A stretch of DNA of 46,088 nt from Candidatus Woesearchaeota archaeon (GTDB lineage: Archaea; Nanobdellota; Nanobdellia; Woesearchaeales; GW2011-AR4), in assembly GCA_002686855.1 (NCBI GenBank), contig NYYQ01000007.1:1-46088 (forward strand), in the 5' to 3' direction. Both the position numbers and the translations under genes were made by a program. The notes beneath the pieces were generated by a model. That model did not search any database. It was not told where the DNA came from and worked only from the letters and a program-made list of their open reading frames with translations. Below, one piece after another: positions 1 through 10,190 of the stretch. How positions within the stretch are numbered: the stretch's first letter is position 1; every line of letters starts with the position of its first letter.

Positions 1-220
1 CAAATTGAAGGTATCTATGATTGAGGGTCTTATTTATAAATTTTATAAATGAATCCTGGCTTAGAAAGTGTCACATTATTTCGGAATTATACAATTAAAT
101 TTTAGGGTTTCAGAGCCTATAAGTTAAGAATTTTGGGATTTTAGAGAACTGAAGAATAGCACTAACAGCAGTTAAGAACAAAAACACATATCTATGACTG
201 ACTTACATCTTCATCATTTT

Positions 221-325
221 TCATTTATCCTTAAACTCATACATCTTATCTGTAAAGTCGTTCATGGCAAACCTTTCAAAAAAGTCATCAAAATTCAAAT
301 CTTCAGATGGTTCTTGCCTATACAT
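221..325 (-). CDS. Microprotein, 34 aa (MYRQEPSEDLNFDDFFERFAMNDFTDKMYEFKDK)
   Basis: Translated by hand; ATG preceded by GAGGTGA RBS; last ORF of a co-oriented run. Confidence 0.55.
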   Translation of the reverse strand: MYRQEPSEDLNFDDFFERFAMNDFTDKMYEFKDK

Positions 326-396
326 TTTAATCACCTCGGAGTTTTTTACGAAGAGGTGCCCAGAATTATGATTTCTGAGCACCTTCTTGTTTTTAT

Positions 397-519
397 TTAC
401 ACATACATAGTTTCTTCATCAAGGCTCATTAATTCACAATCCCTGCAAATTTCAGGACTGCTGTCTGATTCTTCCTTAACAAAAAAACCACAACTTATGC
501 ATACATTTTTAATTTCCAC
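397..519 (-). CDS. Zn-finger microprotein, 40 aa (CISC...CRDC)
   Basis: GTG start after GGTGGTG RBS; MEIKNVCISCGFFVKEESDSSPEICRDCELMSLDEETMYV; paralogous to the upstream ORF. Confidence 0.7.
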   Translation of the reverse strand: MEIKNVCISCGFFVKEESDSSPEICRDCELMSLDEETMYV

Positions 520-534
520 CACCACCCTAAATTT

Positions 535-678
535 TTATAATTGCACACTATCCAAGTAAGCATATCTTGCTTCTTCTCCTAAGCCTATCTTCTCACAATC
601 CCTGCATAGATAAGGATCATTACGGCCACTTTTGAATATTAGAAAACCACAGCTTATGCATCTTCTTCTTATTTTCAT
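535..678 (-). CDS. Zn-finger microprotein, 47 aa (CISC...CRDC)
   Basis: MKIRRRCISCGFLIFKSGRNDPYLCRDCEKIGLGEEARYAYLDSVQL; two CxxC pairs; GGCGGT upstream. Confidence 0.7.
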   Translation of the reverse strand: MKIRRRCISCGFLIFKSGRNDPYLCRDCEKIGLGEEARYAYLDSVQL

Positions 679-702
679 CTTACCGCCGCCCAATTATTTT
701 TA

Positions 703-858
703 TTAAACATAGGCTTCATCATAGCCCTGCATAAAAGCCGCTTCTTGAGGACTTAGCTCATCATCTTCCAGAAGCTGCTCCCTTACATTTTCAGAATAGA
801 TGCTTTCATCATCTAGCATTTGCTCTGTCTCTTCATCAACAAAGAATTCCTTTTCCAT
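703..858 (-). CDS. Acidic microprotein, 51 aa
   Basis: MEKEFFVDEETEQMLDDESIYSENVREQLLEDDELSPQEAAFMQGYDEAYV; GAGGTG RBS. Confidence 0.7.
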   Translation of the reverse strand: MEKEFFVDEETEQMLDDESIYSENVREQLLEDDELSPQEAAFMQGYDEAYV

Positions 859-982
859 ATATACCACCTCACGCTTTTATAATATAGCAAAACAATTAAA
901 TATATATACTTATTCTCTATACCCTATATACGATATAGTAAGTATATATTTTTTAAAAATATATAAACTGGGGGTGGTAGAT

Positions 983-2002
983 ATGGATTATAGAAAATTA
1001 ATAGGATTTAGCAATGGTTCTTTTGTTGTGACTATACCAAAATATTGGGTAGAAAAAAATAAACTAAAAAAAGGAGATAATATCGGGGTTGAAGAGGGCA
1101 GTGATGAGATAATCTTTTATGCAGAAGGCAAAAGCGTAAAAAAAGAAGAAAAATCCATTACTATAAGTATGGATGGTAAAAAGCTGAGCAGGGTAAAAGC
1201 CGAAATAATCACCGCATACCTCAATAATTACCATACAATCGAGATTTTTTCTAAAACTTTGGAAGAGGACGCACCAGTACTTAAAGGCATTTTAAGGAAT
1301 CTTTCAGGAATGGAGATTATTGAGCAGACAAGACAGAGGATTGTGGCAAAAGACCTTATTGATATTAGCAGCATACCCATCAACAGCATCATCAGGAGGG
1401 TAGATTTAATAGCAAGGTCAATGATGGATGATAATTTGTTATGCATAGATAGAAAATGCAATCCAGATAGCATTATCCATAGGGATATGGACATAAATAG
1501 GCTATACTATCTTGGGTTTAGGGTTATAAAAAATATCATGGATAGCCCAAAAAATATGAAGACTCTAAATACTACATCCTGGAATCTTTTAGTTGATAAA
1601 ATAGTTTTAAGGAGGATTGAGGAGCTGGCAGACGCGCAGAAGAGAATGAGCAGTTTGATTGCGGAAGCAGGATTTCAGGGTGGGCTGAGAGAAGAATTTA
1701 AAAGCATAAATAAAGAATTAAAAGAGAGGTTTTGCAAGGTAATGAAGGCATACTATAGCAATGATAAACAAACAGCCCACGATATTCAAGTAACAGGCAA
1801 AGATATTATTGACAGGTGTAACAAATTTTTAGAAAATGCAAGCAAAGTTCCCTGTCATGATTGTAATGTGAAAAAAGGAGCAAAAAAGTCGATTCAGGAA
1901 AGCAATAAAATTGTTGTTTCAACAGCAATTATTGTTGAGCAAACAAAGGCAACCTCTAGCTTTATTAAGCATATTGCAAGAAATGTGTTGAATGTTGACT
2001 AA
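983..2002 (+). CDS. AbrB/SpoVT-PhoU phosphate uptake regulator
   Basis: N-terminal RKLIGFSNGSFVVTIPKYWV AbrB motif followed by PhoU helical repeats; start moved to the ATG after GGGGTGG RBS. Confidence 0.85.
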   Translation: MDYRKLIGFSNGSFVVTIPKYWVEKNKLKKGDNIGVEEGSDEIIFYAEGKSVKKEEKSITISMDGKKLSRVKAEIITAYLNNYHTIEIFSKTLEEDAPVLKGILRNLSGMEIIEQTRQRIVAKDLIDISSIPINSIIRRVDLIARSMMDDNLLCIDRKCNPDSIIHRDMDINRLYYLGFRVIKNIMDSPKNMKTLNTTSWNLLVDKIVLRRIEELADAQKRMSSLIAEAGFQGGLREEFKSINKELKERFCKVMKAYYSNDKQTAHDIQVTGKDIIDRCNKFLENASKVPCHDCNVKKGAKKSIQESNKIVVSTAIIVEQTKATSSFIKHIARNVLNVD

Positions 2003-2208
2003 TATCCTTCAAAAATTATTTTTTCTTTGTTAAGTATTGTTTTTGATACTTCTTAATTTGTTATAAAAAGAAAAGCTTTAAACAATGAAAATCTGTGAGA
2101 TGCGAGTGAGCTCGTTGCGAACTCGCTCACAATTCACAATTTTCAAGCTTAAAGTTCTCGAAATTTCAAAAAATTCCGATAACTTTAAATATCATTTCAT
2201 ATTATCAC

Positions 2209-3492
2209 ATGATTATGTCAAAAAACGAAACAAATATCAACTTTTTATTTAAGAGCATATACTCCAAATTAATAGAGTTCTTCTTAGCCAACCCTGACAA
2301 TGAGTTTTATGTGAATGAGATACTGAAAGCTGTAAAAATTTCCCCAAAAGTCTTATGCGATGGCTTAAAAGAGCTTGAAAAAGCGGGAATTTTACTAAGC
2401 GAGAAAAGAGCAAACTCCATTTATTACAGGCTTAATAAGAAAAACGAGATTGTTGGCTCAATTAAAAAGATATTAAAGCCCGCAACATACAAAGATGCTG
2501 GTGTAGACATAGATGCTGCTAACCTCGCAGTAAAAAACATTAAAAAATATGTCAGAGAAACGTATAATCCAAATGTTCTATCAAAAGTCGGCTCTTTTGG
2601 CGGTTTATACCAGTTTGACAAAGAGAATGTTTTAGTTTCCTCAACAGATGGAGTTGGAACAAAACTAAAATTAGCGTTTAAAACAAATAAGCATGATACT
2701 ATTGGCCAGGATTTAGTTAATCATTGTGTTAATGATATATTGGTTACTGGAGCAAAACCCTTATTCTTTTTAGATTACATAGCTTGTGGAAAAGTTAATC
2801 CCAAAGTCATTGAGCAAATAGTGAAAGGCCTTTCCATTGCTTGTAAGGAAAATAATTGTGCATTAGTTGGAGGAGAAATTGCTGAAATGCCCGGATTGTA
2901 CAAAGAAAAGGAATATGACCTTGCAAGTTTTATTGTTGGAAAAGTAAATAAAAACAAAATGATTGACGGTTTAAAAATTAAAAAAGATGATGCGGTAATT
3001 GGATTATCTTCTAATGGGTTGCATACTAATGGTTACTCCTTAGTTTTCAAGGTACTGTTTGACCATGCAAAACTTAATTTAAACCAAAAACCAAAAGGAC
3101 TAAATTGCGCTTTAAAGGAAGAATTAATGAAAGTCCATTTAAGCTATTTTAAGCCTGTAAATGAATTACTAACTAAATTTGAGATTAAGGCAATGGCCCA
3201 CATTACAGGAGGAGGTTTAATTGAAAATATCCCAAGAGTACTTCCTGAAAACTGCTCAGTAGAGTTATATCAGGAAAAATGGAGAATACCCCCCATATTT
3301 GAATTAATCCAGAAACATGGAAACATCCCAAAAGATGAAATGTACAGGACATTTAATATGGGGATTGGCTTTGTATTGATAGTTAATAAAAAATATTCTG
3401 AAAAAATTCTAGCTCAATTAAAAAAATATGATTTTAAATCACAGGTTATTGGGAATGTTATTAGTGGCAATAAGAAAGTGGTGATAAGTTAG
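2209..3492 (+). CDS. purM: AIR synthetase PurM with N-terminal wHTH fusion
   Basis: [47 protein letters not shown] motifs; first ~90 aa look like a wHTH. Confidence 0.95.
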   Translation: MIMSKNETNINFLFKSIYSKLIEFFLANPDNEFYVNEILKAVKISPKVLCDGLKELEKAGILLSEKRANSIYYRLNKKNEIVGSIKKILKPATYKDAGVDIDAANLAVKNIKKYVRETYNPNVLSKVGSFGGLYQFDKENVLVSSTDGVGTKLKLAFKTNKHDTIGQDLVNHCVNDILVTGAKPLFFLDYIACGKVNPKVIEQIVKGLSIACKENNCALVGGEIAEMPGLYKEKEYDLASFIVGKVNKNKMIDGLKIKKDDAVIGLSSNGLHTNGYSLVFKVLFDHAKLNLNQKPKGLNCALKEELMKVHLSYFKPVNELLTKFEIKAMAHITGGGLIENIPRVLPENCSVELYQEKWRIPPIFELIQKHGNIPKDEMYRTFNMGIGFVLIVNKKYSEKILAQLKKYDFKSQVIGNVISGNKKVVIS

Positions 3493-4787
3493 GTTATTTT
3501 TTCTTCTTTAATCTTATTTTTATCATTGCTTGTCTTAGAATAAAGTCTCATTGCGCAATACTCTGGACCGCACATGCTGCAGAAATCAGCATCAAGGTTT
3601 AAATCAGACCTTATTCTTCTTGCTTCTTCCGGGTCTAAAGCTAAACTAAACTGTTTTTCCCAGTCAAAATTAAATCTTGCTTTGCTTAATTCATCATCTC
3701 TGTCTCTGGCATTAGGAATTCCTTTTGCAATATCAGCAGAATGAGCAGCTATCTTATATGCAATAATTCCCTGTTTTACCATCTCAGGAGTTGGCAATCC
3801 TAAATGTTCTGCTGCAGTAACATAACAAAGAAAGTCAGCGCCATGCATTCCTGCTACTGCTGCGCCTATTGATGATGTTATATGGTCATAGCCTGGAGCA
3901 ATATCAGTAACCAAAGGACCTAAAACATAAAATGGAGCATTATGGCAATATTTTTTCTCTAACTCAACATTTAACTTTATTTCATTTAATGGAATATGAC
4001 CTGGGCCTTCTATCATAACTTGGCATTCTTTTTCCCATGCCTTTAATGTTAGCTGCCCAAGTATTTTCAATTCTGCAATCTGGGACTTATCTGTTGCATC
4101 ATGCAGGCAGCCAGGTCTTAGGCCATCTCCTAGAGAAAAAGCAACATCATATTTCCTAAAAATATCGCATATTTGCTCAAAATGAGTATACAATGGATTT
4201 TCTTTGTTATTGGCTTTCATCCATCTGATAAGTATAGCTCCTCCTCTGCTTACAACTCCTATAAGCCTTGTTTTTAATAAAGGCAAAGTTTTTTGCAAAA
4301 CACCAGCATGTATTGTCATGAAATCAACACCTTGCTTTGCCTGCAGTTCTATTATATCCAGCCAATCATCCGGTTTTAAATTTTCAATTGTATTGTTTTC
4401 CTCAACAACTTGGTAAGTGGGTACAATTCCAATAGGCATACTCGATTCATTAATTATTGCTTCCCTTATCTCATTTAGATTTCCTCCAGTACTTAGATCC
4501 ATAACAGTATCTACACCATATTTTTTGCATAACTTTACTTTTTCAAGCTCTTCTTTGATACATGCTCTTATTTTTGATGCTCCTACATTTGCATTTATCT
4601 TGGTTTTAAGACCTTTGCCTATTGCAACAGGCTTTAGATTCTTATGATTCAAATTAGCAGGTATTACAATAGAGCCTTGCGCTATTCTTTGCCTTAGAAG
4701 TTCAACATCAATATTCTCAACAGAAGAAACATATTTCATCTCTTTTGTTATTGTCCCTTGTCTTGCATAATGAAGTTGTGTTGCCAT
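3489..4787 (-). CDS. thiC: Phosphomethylpyrimidine synthase ThiC
   Basis: [31 protein letters not shown] and C-terminal CSMCGPEYC cluster motif; start at MATQLHYA. Confidence 0.95.
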   Translation of the reverse strand: MATQLHYARQGTITKEMKYVSSVENIDVELLRQRIAQGSIVIPANLNHKNLKPVAIGKGLKTKINANVGASKIRACIKEELEKVKLCKKYGVDTVMDLSTGGNLNEIREAIINESSMPIGIVPTYQVVEENNTIENLKPDDWLDIIELQAKQGVDFMTIHAGVLQKTLPLLKTRLIGVVSRGGAILIRWMKANNKENPLYTHFEQICDIFRKYDVAFSLGDGLRPGCLHDATDKSQIAELKILGQLTLKAWEKECQVMIEGPGHIPLNEIKLNVELEKKYCHNAPFYVLGPLVTDIAPGYDHITSSIGAAVAGMHGADFLCYVTAAEHLGLPTPEMVKQGIIAYKIAAHSADIAKGIPNARDRDDELSKARFNFDWEKQFSLALDPEEARRIRSDLNLDADFCSMCGPEYCAMRLYSKTSNDKNKIKEEKIT

Positions 4788-4812
4788 AAGAAACAGGGTT
4801 TTCCCCTTATTT

Positions 4813-4861
4813 TTAAATTTGTTGTTTAATAAAAATAACTTCAAACTCTTTCTTCCAGAAC
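4813..4861 (-). pseudogene. Orphan purB 3' tip (FWKKEFEV...)
   Basis: 4840-4861 matches the purB end at 19/22 nt. Confidence 0.55.
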
Positions 4862-4868
4862 ATAATAA

Positions 4869-5942
4869 TCAATCTAATAAACCTTTAGGCAGAAAATCAA
4901 ACTTATAGTCTTTTAATACCATCAAGGTCATATGTGATTCAATAATGTCATAAAATTTGTTTCTTATTTCTCTTAATAGAGTATTGAAATGTAAAGGGTC
5001 CTTGGCAAATATGTAAACTTCAAAGTCATATCTTCCTGTTGTTTCAAGAACAAAGGCAGTTTCTTCATGAAAATTAAAAAAGCTTTCAAACATTTTTCTT
5101 TTTTCAGCATCAACATGAGGCAAAAGCTGAAAGAATGATATATATCCATGGTAATGCAAATAAGATGCATTAATAATAGTTCTAAACGCCAATATAATTT
5201 TGTTTTCTGTTGATTTTTTTATTCTATGTTTTACAGTATCAACTGATAGTCGGGATTTTTTTGCAATGTCAACTATTTTAGCATTAGCATCATTTGATAA
5301 AATTTTTAATATTTTCAGAGCTTGTTCATCTAAATTAATATCTTGTTTACCAAGTCCAACCTTATTATTTCCAAAATTTTCTCCATATGCAAAATAGGTT
5401 TTTAAAGAATTTACATCAATTTTCAATTCTTTATAAAAGCTCTGAGGCAAAGTTTCATATTTGTTTAAGCTAATTATGGGCATAGTTTCATAATTCTTTA
5501 AATTACCTAAACATTTTGTTTTTATTTCTTTCATCAGCATATCAAAATGTTTTACATCTTTGGATAAAATATTAATTGCAAAATCCCACTCTCCGGAGCA
5601 TTGACCAAACCAAATTATAAATGGGTGATTAATAAAAAATTCAATTATTTTTTTCTCTTTTTCTTCATTTATATTTTCCAGCCTTAATAAGATAGTATAT
5701 GGTGTGAAGAAAATAAAAGGGTTAACTATAAGCAAATTTTTTCTAATTACATCTTTTTCTTTTAGTTTTTGAATCCTGTATCTTATTGCATCTTTGGATA
5801 ATCCAACAATTTTTGATAAATGAGTTGGAGAAATCCTTGAATTTTTAGCCAAAGCAGCTAAAATCTTCTTGTCTTTAACATCTATCTTTATATCCTTGCC
5901 ATAATCTAGTTCAAATATCACGCCTTTGTATTTTTCTTCCAT
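4869..5942 (-). CDS. Tandem Lrp/AsnC family regulator
   Basis: Two HTH_AsnC plus RAM repeats (DKKILAALAKNSR; LKILKILSNDA; GEWDF / GRYDF). Confidence 0.85.
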   Translation of the reverse strand: MEEKYKGVIFELDYGKDIKIDVKDKKILAALAKNSRISPTHLSKIVGLSKDAIRYRIQKLKEKDVIRKNLLIVNPFIFFTPYTILLRLENINEEKEKKIIEFFINHPFIIWFGQCSGEWDFAINILSKDVKHFDMLMKEIKTKCLGNLKNYETMPIISLNKYETLPQSFYKELKIDVNSLKTYFAYGENFGNNKVGLGKQDINLDEQALKILKILSNDANAKIVDIAKKSRLSVDTVKHRIKKSTENKIILAFRTIINASYLHYHGYISFFQLLPHVDAEKRKMFESFFNFHEETAFVLETTGRYDFEVYIFAKDPLHFNTLLREIRNKFYDIIESHMTLMVLKDYKFDFLPKGLLD

Positions 5943-6041
5943 TTTTAATCAAAAACAGAGTTTAGTATATAAATTTTACTATTTTAGCGTAAAAATAGAG
6001 CATATTATTATATAAATAAGAGAGTATTATCTAGTGGTAAA

Positions 6042-6791
6042 ATGAAACTACCAGATTTACCTAATGTTCCAATAGATATGGATGAAGAGACTATTGCTTA
6101 TTTGAGTTCTCTTGAAGGTAGGTTAGACATTGAAGAAGGGTCGGGTACTATTGGGGTTGCAAGGGTTGAAGGGGACTATCTTACTGTTCTTGGAAAATAT
6201 ACTTCCAAAGGATTTCCTTCTTCTAAAACACACTTTTATGAATTGGTTAGAAACAGTAAAACTGGAGAAGAAACCATAGCTCATTTTCAAGAACCTCTAG
6301 ATGAAGTAACATCATCACTTTTTGGTTTGGCTTTAGCTGGAGCAACAGGTTTTGGTTTAAATCATATTTATCATTCATCAAGCGATATTTATGGATTCAT
6401 CTCAGCGCCTGTGGCTGGGGTAATTATTGGAGCAGTAGCTTTAATTCCGTTTGCTATAGGACTTTATTATGGACATTTGGCTCCTAGTGTTAAAAATCAG
6501 AGAAGGAAATTAGATAAGCATGGACAAAGCGTTAAACATTGTACTAACGCGAACCTTGCCGATATAAAAGAACAAGTTAAAGATATCGGTCTTTATCAAG
6601 GTGGTGTGACAGAGGTAGCAGATGCAGTGGGAAGACCATTAAAAATTGCCGAAACTGGTAATCCTGAAAAATTTGTTAGAGCACCTGATGAGTTCTGGTT
6701 AAGAGTTCAAATTCATTTAGCTGGTGGAAAACATGCCGCTAACTGTCTACCTGGGTCTAACGCTGGAACTCCTGTAACATACAGCGATTAA
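6042..6791 (+). CDS. Hypothetical membrane protein (about 2 TM segments)
   Basis: 249-aa ORF with two hydrophobic segments; TATA box upstream. Confidence 0.6.
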   Translation: MKLPDLPNVPIDMDEETIAYLSSLEGRLDIEEGSGTIGVARVEGDYLTVLGKYTSKGFPSSKTHFYELVRNSKTGEETIAHFQEPLDEVTSSLFGLALAGATGFGLNHIYHSSSDIYGFISAPVAGVIIGAVALIPFAIGLYYGHLAPSVKNQRRKLDKHGQSVKHCTNANLADIKEQVKDIGLYQGGVTEVADAVGRPLKIAETGNPEKFVRAPDEFWLRVQIHLAGGKHAANCLPGSNAGTPVTYSD

Positions 6792-6825
6792 AAAGTTTAG
6801 AGTAAAGACTAACTTTAGATTTCAA

Positions 6826-7006
6826 AGAGAATATGTTTATACAAAAAGATAAAGGTCTCACATGAATTTTTTTCTAAAGAGAAAAGGAATAAAGCAATCA
6901 AAAACAGAGTGTTCTTAATTCTGCAGACAGAGCCATAAAACTTTATTTTAAAGCATGGGAAACATCTGGTAGACAACCCTTTAATCCAGCAATCTATAAA
7001 ACCTAA
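6826..7006 (+). pseudogene. Possible 3' fragment of a lost cargo gene
   Basis: Open frame ...NSADRAIKLYFKAWETSGRQPFNPAIYKT* whose stop overlaps the stop of the purB-tip remnant; no credible start. Confidence 0.3.
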
Positions 7007-7062
7007 ACCCTTAACTCCTTCTTCCAGAACTTACAAATACTCTCAGTTTTCTTAGAAGCAAT
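7003..7062 (-). pseudogene. Orphan purB 3' tip (IASKKTESICKFWKKELRV*)
   Basis: 47/60 nt and 15/19 aa identical to purB 8716-8775, with the stop in the same position. Confidence 0.9.
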
Positions 7063-7101
7063 CACAATTTATTTTTCGAACTTTTATTTATAGAAATTAA
7101 T

Positions 7102-7200
7102 CTATTCTTTACAGTATCTTTCATAAAATCTTAAGATTTCATCTGTTTTCTCCTGATTTAGTGAATAATGAATCTCTCCAGTTTTCTTTGCAGGTAAAAT
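7102..7200 (-). pseudogene. Start-less 3' gene fragment (ILPAKKTGEIHYSLNQEKTDEILRFYERYCKE*)
   Basis: Protein-like open frame with no start codon, bounded upstream by TAG. Confidence 0.35.
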
Positions 7201-7278
7201 CTAGTTGGGAGTCTTTGTGAAGGGATTTTCTAAAAAACCAAAAAGTATTTAAATAATAGTTACTATATACTAACTAAA

Positions 7279-7821
7279 ATGAGAAGCCAAGAAGATAAAG
7301 TGACAGGATTATTTTTTAATACACCTAAGCACTGGCACTTTGAAGAATTATTGAATAAATCTGGCTTAAGCAGGCCCAGGCTTGCAGTTTGGCTAAAGAA
7401 ATTCATTAAGCAAGGATTAATTAAAAGATTAAAGCCAAAAGGAAAGATGCCTTATTACATTGGAATATCTGAAAATCCTGAATTTCGGAACAGAAAAAGA
7501 TTATTCGCAATAAAAACACTGACCGAATCCGGCTTATTGGACCATTTATCCTCATTAAAGAAAGCAAAAGTTGTAATTATCTTTGGAAGCTTTTCCAGAG
7601 CAGATTGGTATGATGACAGCGATATTGATATTTTTATTTATGGTGATGAAAGCAATTTTGAATATTACAAATATAAGCAAAAATTAAAAAGAGAAATACA
7701 GATTCACAGTGCAAAAACAAAAAAAGATTTAAAAAAAATTGATAAAATGATGCCTTATATAATATCTGGAGATTTTATTAAAGGGTCTATTGAAGAATTA
7801 GGTGTTGAGGTAAATGTTTGA
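7279..7821 (+). CDS. wHTH-minimal nucleotidyltransferase (MNT antitoxin)
   Basis: FGSFSRADWYDDSDIDIF (GS...DxD motif); N-terminal HTH. Confidence 0.88.
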   Translation: MRSQEDKVTGLFFNTPKHWHFEELLNKSGLSRPRLAVWLKKFIKQGLIKRLKPKGKMPYYIGISENPEFRNRKRLFAIKTLTESGLLDHLSSLKKAKVVIIFGSFSRADWYDDSDIDIFIYGDESNFEYYKYKQKLKREIQIHSAKTKKDLKKIDKMMPYIISGDFIKGSIEELGVEVNV

Positions 7822-8284
7822 TTTTAAAAATTTGGATGAGGCTTACAACTCATGTGTTGCTGATGGCTTTATAAGAGAAAATCATGAGCATAATAAACAA
7901 AAGTTAAAAGATTTAATAAAAAATGCTGAAACAAACCTTAAAACAGCAAACATACTCATTAAAACATTAAAAAAAGATGATGATGAATGGCTCAATGTTT
8001 ACCTTAATCATTACGAAGCTTTAAGGTTTTATACAGAAGCATTTTTGCGTTATCATTCAGTAAAAATCAATAATCATCAATGCCTATTTGTATATTTATG
8101 TGCAAAATTCCCTGATTTAGAGCTTGACTGGAAATTTTTTGAAACCATAAGGAAGAAAAGAAATAATATTAATTATTATGGTGGCCATGTCAAGTTTGAT
8201 GAATGGAAATCAATAGATTTGCAGATAAAGTTATACATTTCTGCATTAAAGAAAGAGATTGAAACTAAGATTGGAATTTTCTAA
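7814..8284 (+). CDS. HEPN-domain protein (MNT/HEPN toxin-antitoxin pair)
   Basis: Overlaps the MNT gene; helical, with NHQCLF and RNNINY (Rx4Y HEPN variant). Confidence 0.75.
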   Translation: MFDFKNLDEAYNSCVADGFIRENHEHNKQKLKDLIKNAETNLKTANILIKTLKKDDDEWLNVYLNHYEALRFYTEAFLRYHSVKINNHQCLFVYLCAKFPDLELDWKFFETIRKKRNNINYYGGHVKFDEWKSIDLQIKLYISALKKEIETKIGIF

Positions 8285-8372
8285 TATAATTTTATCTCCT
8301 TTTAAGTGAGATGGTAACCCTTTAAGAATGAAATATTTAAATACTAGTTGATCAATACTATACTTGATTATT

Positions 8373-8702
8373 ATGGAAACAAAATCACTTTTTATTGAAT
8401 TCATGGGAGACTCGGCTATGATTAGAACATTAGACTACCTTTTAACAGAAAGGGAACTAGATTTTTCAATAACAGATATGGCAGAAAATGCAGGCATAGG
8501 AAGAGCTACCTTATATAGAATTTGGGACAATTTGATTGACAATGAAATCATAGCTCATACCAGAGATATAGGAAAAGCAAAATTATACAAATTAAACAAG
8601 GATAACATCAAAATTAAAAAACTTATGGAAATAGATGATGCATTAATTTTAGAAGAATTGAAGAAACGCTCTGAAAGTCAAAGGGCAAAAGTGATGGCAT
8701 AA
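8373..8702 (+). CDS. wHTH DNA-binding protein
   Basis: FSITDMAENAGIGRATLYRIW HTH and IGKAKLYKLN wing. Confidence 0.8.
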   Translation: METKSLFIEFMGDSAMIRTLDYLLTERELDFSITDMAENAGIGRATLYRIWDNLIDNEIIAHTRDIGKAKLYKLNKDNIKIKKLMEIDDALILEELKKRSESQRAKVMA

Positions 8703-8715
8703 TTATGTGAAAAAT

Positions 8716-10101
8716 CTATATTTCCAATTCCTTCTTCCAGAACTTACAAGCGCTTTCAGCTTTTTTAGAAGCAATACCCACATATTTCTCAGGATTACTT
8801 ATTATCTCTAATTGCTTTTTATTGAATTTTTTTAAATATGGTTGTAATGATTTTTCCTTTTTTATTATCTCTGTTAATGATTTTTTTGATGATTGAGCTT
8901 TTAATGTCAATTGCCTTACAATTTCATGAGCATCAGGATGCCCTTTTGCAGCTAACAGTATATACAACGGCTCAGCTACAATCAAGCCTTTATTCATATC
9001 AAAATTCTTCCTTAAATTTTCCTTATCAACAACTAAGTTTTTCATTGTTCTATTAAGTCTTGAAACAGATAGATAGAATGCAGTTAAAATTTCAGGAACA
9101 AATCTTAATGAAGCAGAATTAGTTAAATCTCTTTGATGCTCTGATATCTGGTCCATATACAAAGTAACAATGCGCGGCATAAAAGCTTTCCACATGCTCT
9201 TAACATTCTCAAAGTTTATGGGATTCCTCTTCTGGGGCATTGTTGAGCTTCCAACTTGTTTTGCTCCAAAAACTTCTGCAACCTCTAAAATTTCAGACCT
9301 TTGCAAATGCCTCATATCATCAGCTAAATTAGCAATAACTCCAAAACCTTCTACAATAGAATGGATATAGCTGGACATAAACTCTGCTTCTGGGATTTGT
9401 GTGGAAATAGGAGAAGCTTTTAGATTAAGCTCTGAAAGAACATCTCTCTCAAACTCAACAGGATTATTAAAGAACAGAGAGGAAGCATTATAGCTTCCCA
9501 CTGCTCCTGCTATCTTACCTCTTAAATTATTCCCTGTTTTCTTTATCTGAATTATTGACCTTCCAAACCTGGAAACATACTGTGCAAGAGCAAAACCAAA
9601 TGTTATTGGGACAGCATGCTGGCCATGTGTTCTTCCAACCTGCAAGGTATTTTTCTCCTTTAATGCCAACATTATCAATGTTTTTTCAAACTCAATTAAT
9701 TTTGGAATTAAAACATTCTCAGTAAATTTCTTATACCTTGCAGCATCTGCAGTGGCTATTATATCGTGGGATGTTGTGGTGAAATGCACAAAAGGCTTTG
9801 CTTCATCACTTACTTTCCTTTGTATGCAATTAACTAATGCCCTTATATTGTGCTTTAGTTTATCTTCTTCTTGATAAACTTCTTCAGCAGTTATTTTTTT
9901 AGTAGCTTTTTCAACCTCATCCGCAATCTTTTTGCTGCAAACGCCTTTTTTAGCCAAAGTTTTAGTTAAAGCTGCCTCAACCTTAGCCATATACTTAATC
10001 ATTGCATTCTCACTTAGATAAGGCTGCAATTTATGAAAAATGCGCTCATTCCTGCCATAATACCTAAAATCTAATGCGCTTATATTATCAAAAATATTCA
10101 T
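8716..10101 (-). CDS. purB: Adenylosuccinate lyase PurB (probably extends to 10373 as a wHTH fusion)
   Basis: GRTHGQHA and GSSTMPQKRNP fumarase-family signature; HQRDLTNS. Confidence 0.95.
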   Translation of the reverse strand: MNIFDNISALDFRYYGRNERIFHKLQPYLSENAMIKYMAKVEAALTKTLAKKGVCSKKIADEVEKATKKITAEEVYQEEDKLKHNIRALVNCIQRKVSDEAKPFVHFTTTSHDIIATADAARYKKFTENVLIPKLIEFEKTLIMLALKEKNTLQVGRTHGQHAVPITFGFALAQYVSRFGRSIIQIKKTGNNLRGKIAGAVGSYNASSLFFNNPVEFERDVLSELNLKASPISTQIPEAEFMSSYIHSIVEGFGVIANLADDMRHLQRSEILEVAEVFGAKQVGSSTMPQKRNPINFENVKSMWKAFMPRIVTLYMDQISEHQRDLTNSASLRFVPEILTAFYLSVSRLNRTMKNLVVDKENLRKNFDMNKGLIVAEPLYILLAAKGHPDAHEIVRQLTLKAQSSKKSLTEIIKKEKSLQPYLKKFNKKQLEIISNPEKYVGIASKKAESACKFWKKELEI

Positions 10102-10190
10102 TTTTGGCTCAAAAGAAACATCTTTATTATCTGAATTAATTAAATTTTGAATTTCTTTTAATAAAGAACTTTCCTTGTTTAAGCTTATGA

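Noticed and set aside
194..559. 121-aa plus-strand ORF, and the 800-982 N-terminal extension of the PhoU ORF
   Set aside because: Shadow frames of the minus-strand microprotein genes; the regulator starts at 983 after its RBS
4788..4870. TPP riboswitch upstream of thiC
   Set aside because: No TPP aptamer core visible; the short spacer is occupied by a purB tip remnant
6810..6828. Further tiny 3'-tip remnants (FEI* here, KEIKLY* near 8285-8305, an lhr-like tip near 33910)
   Set aside because: Matches are too short and AT-rich to distinguish from chance
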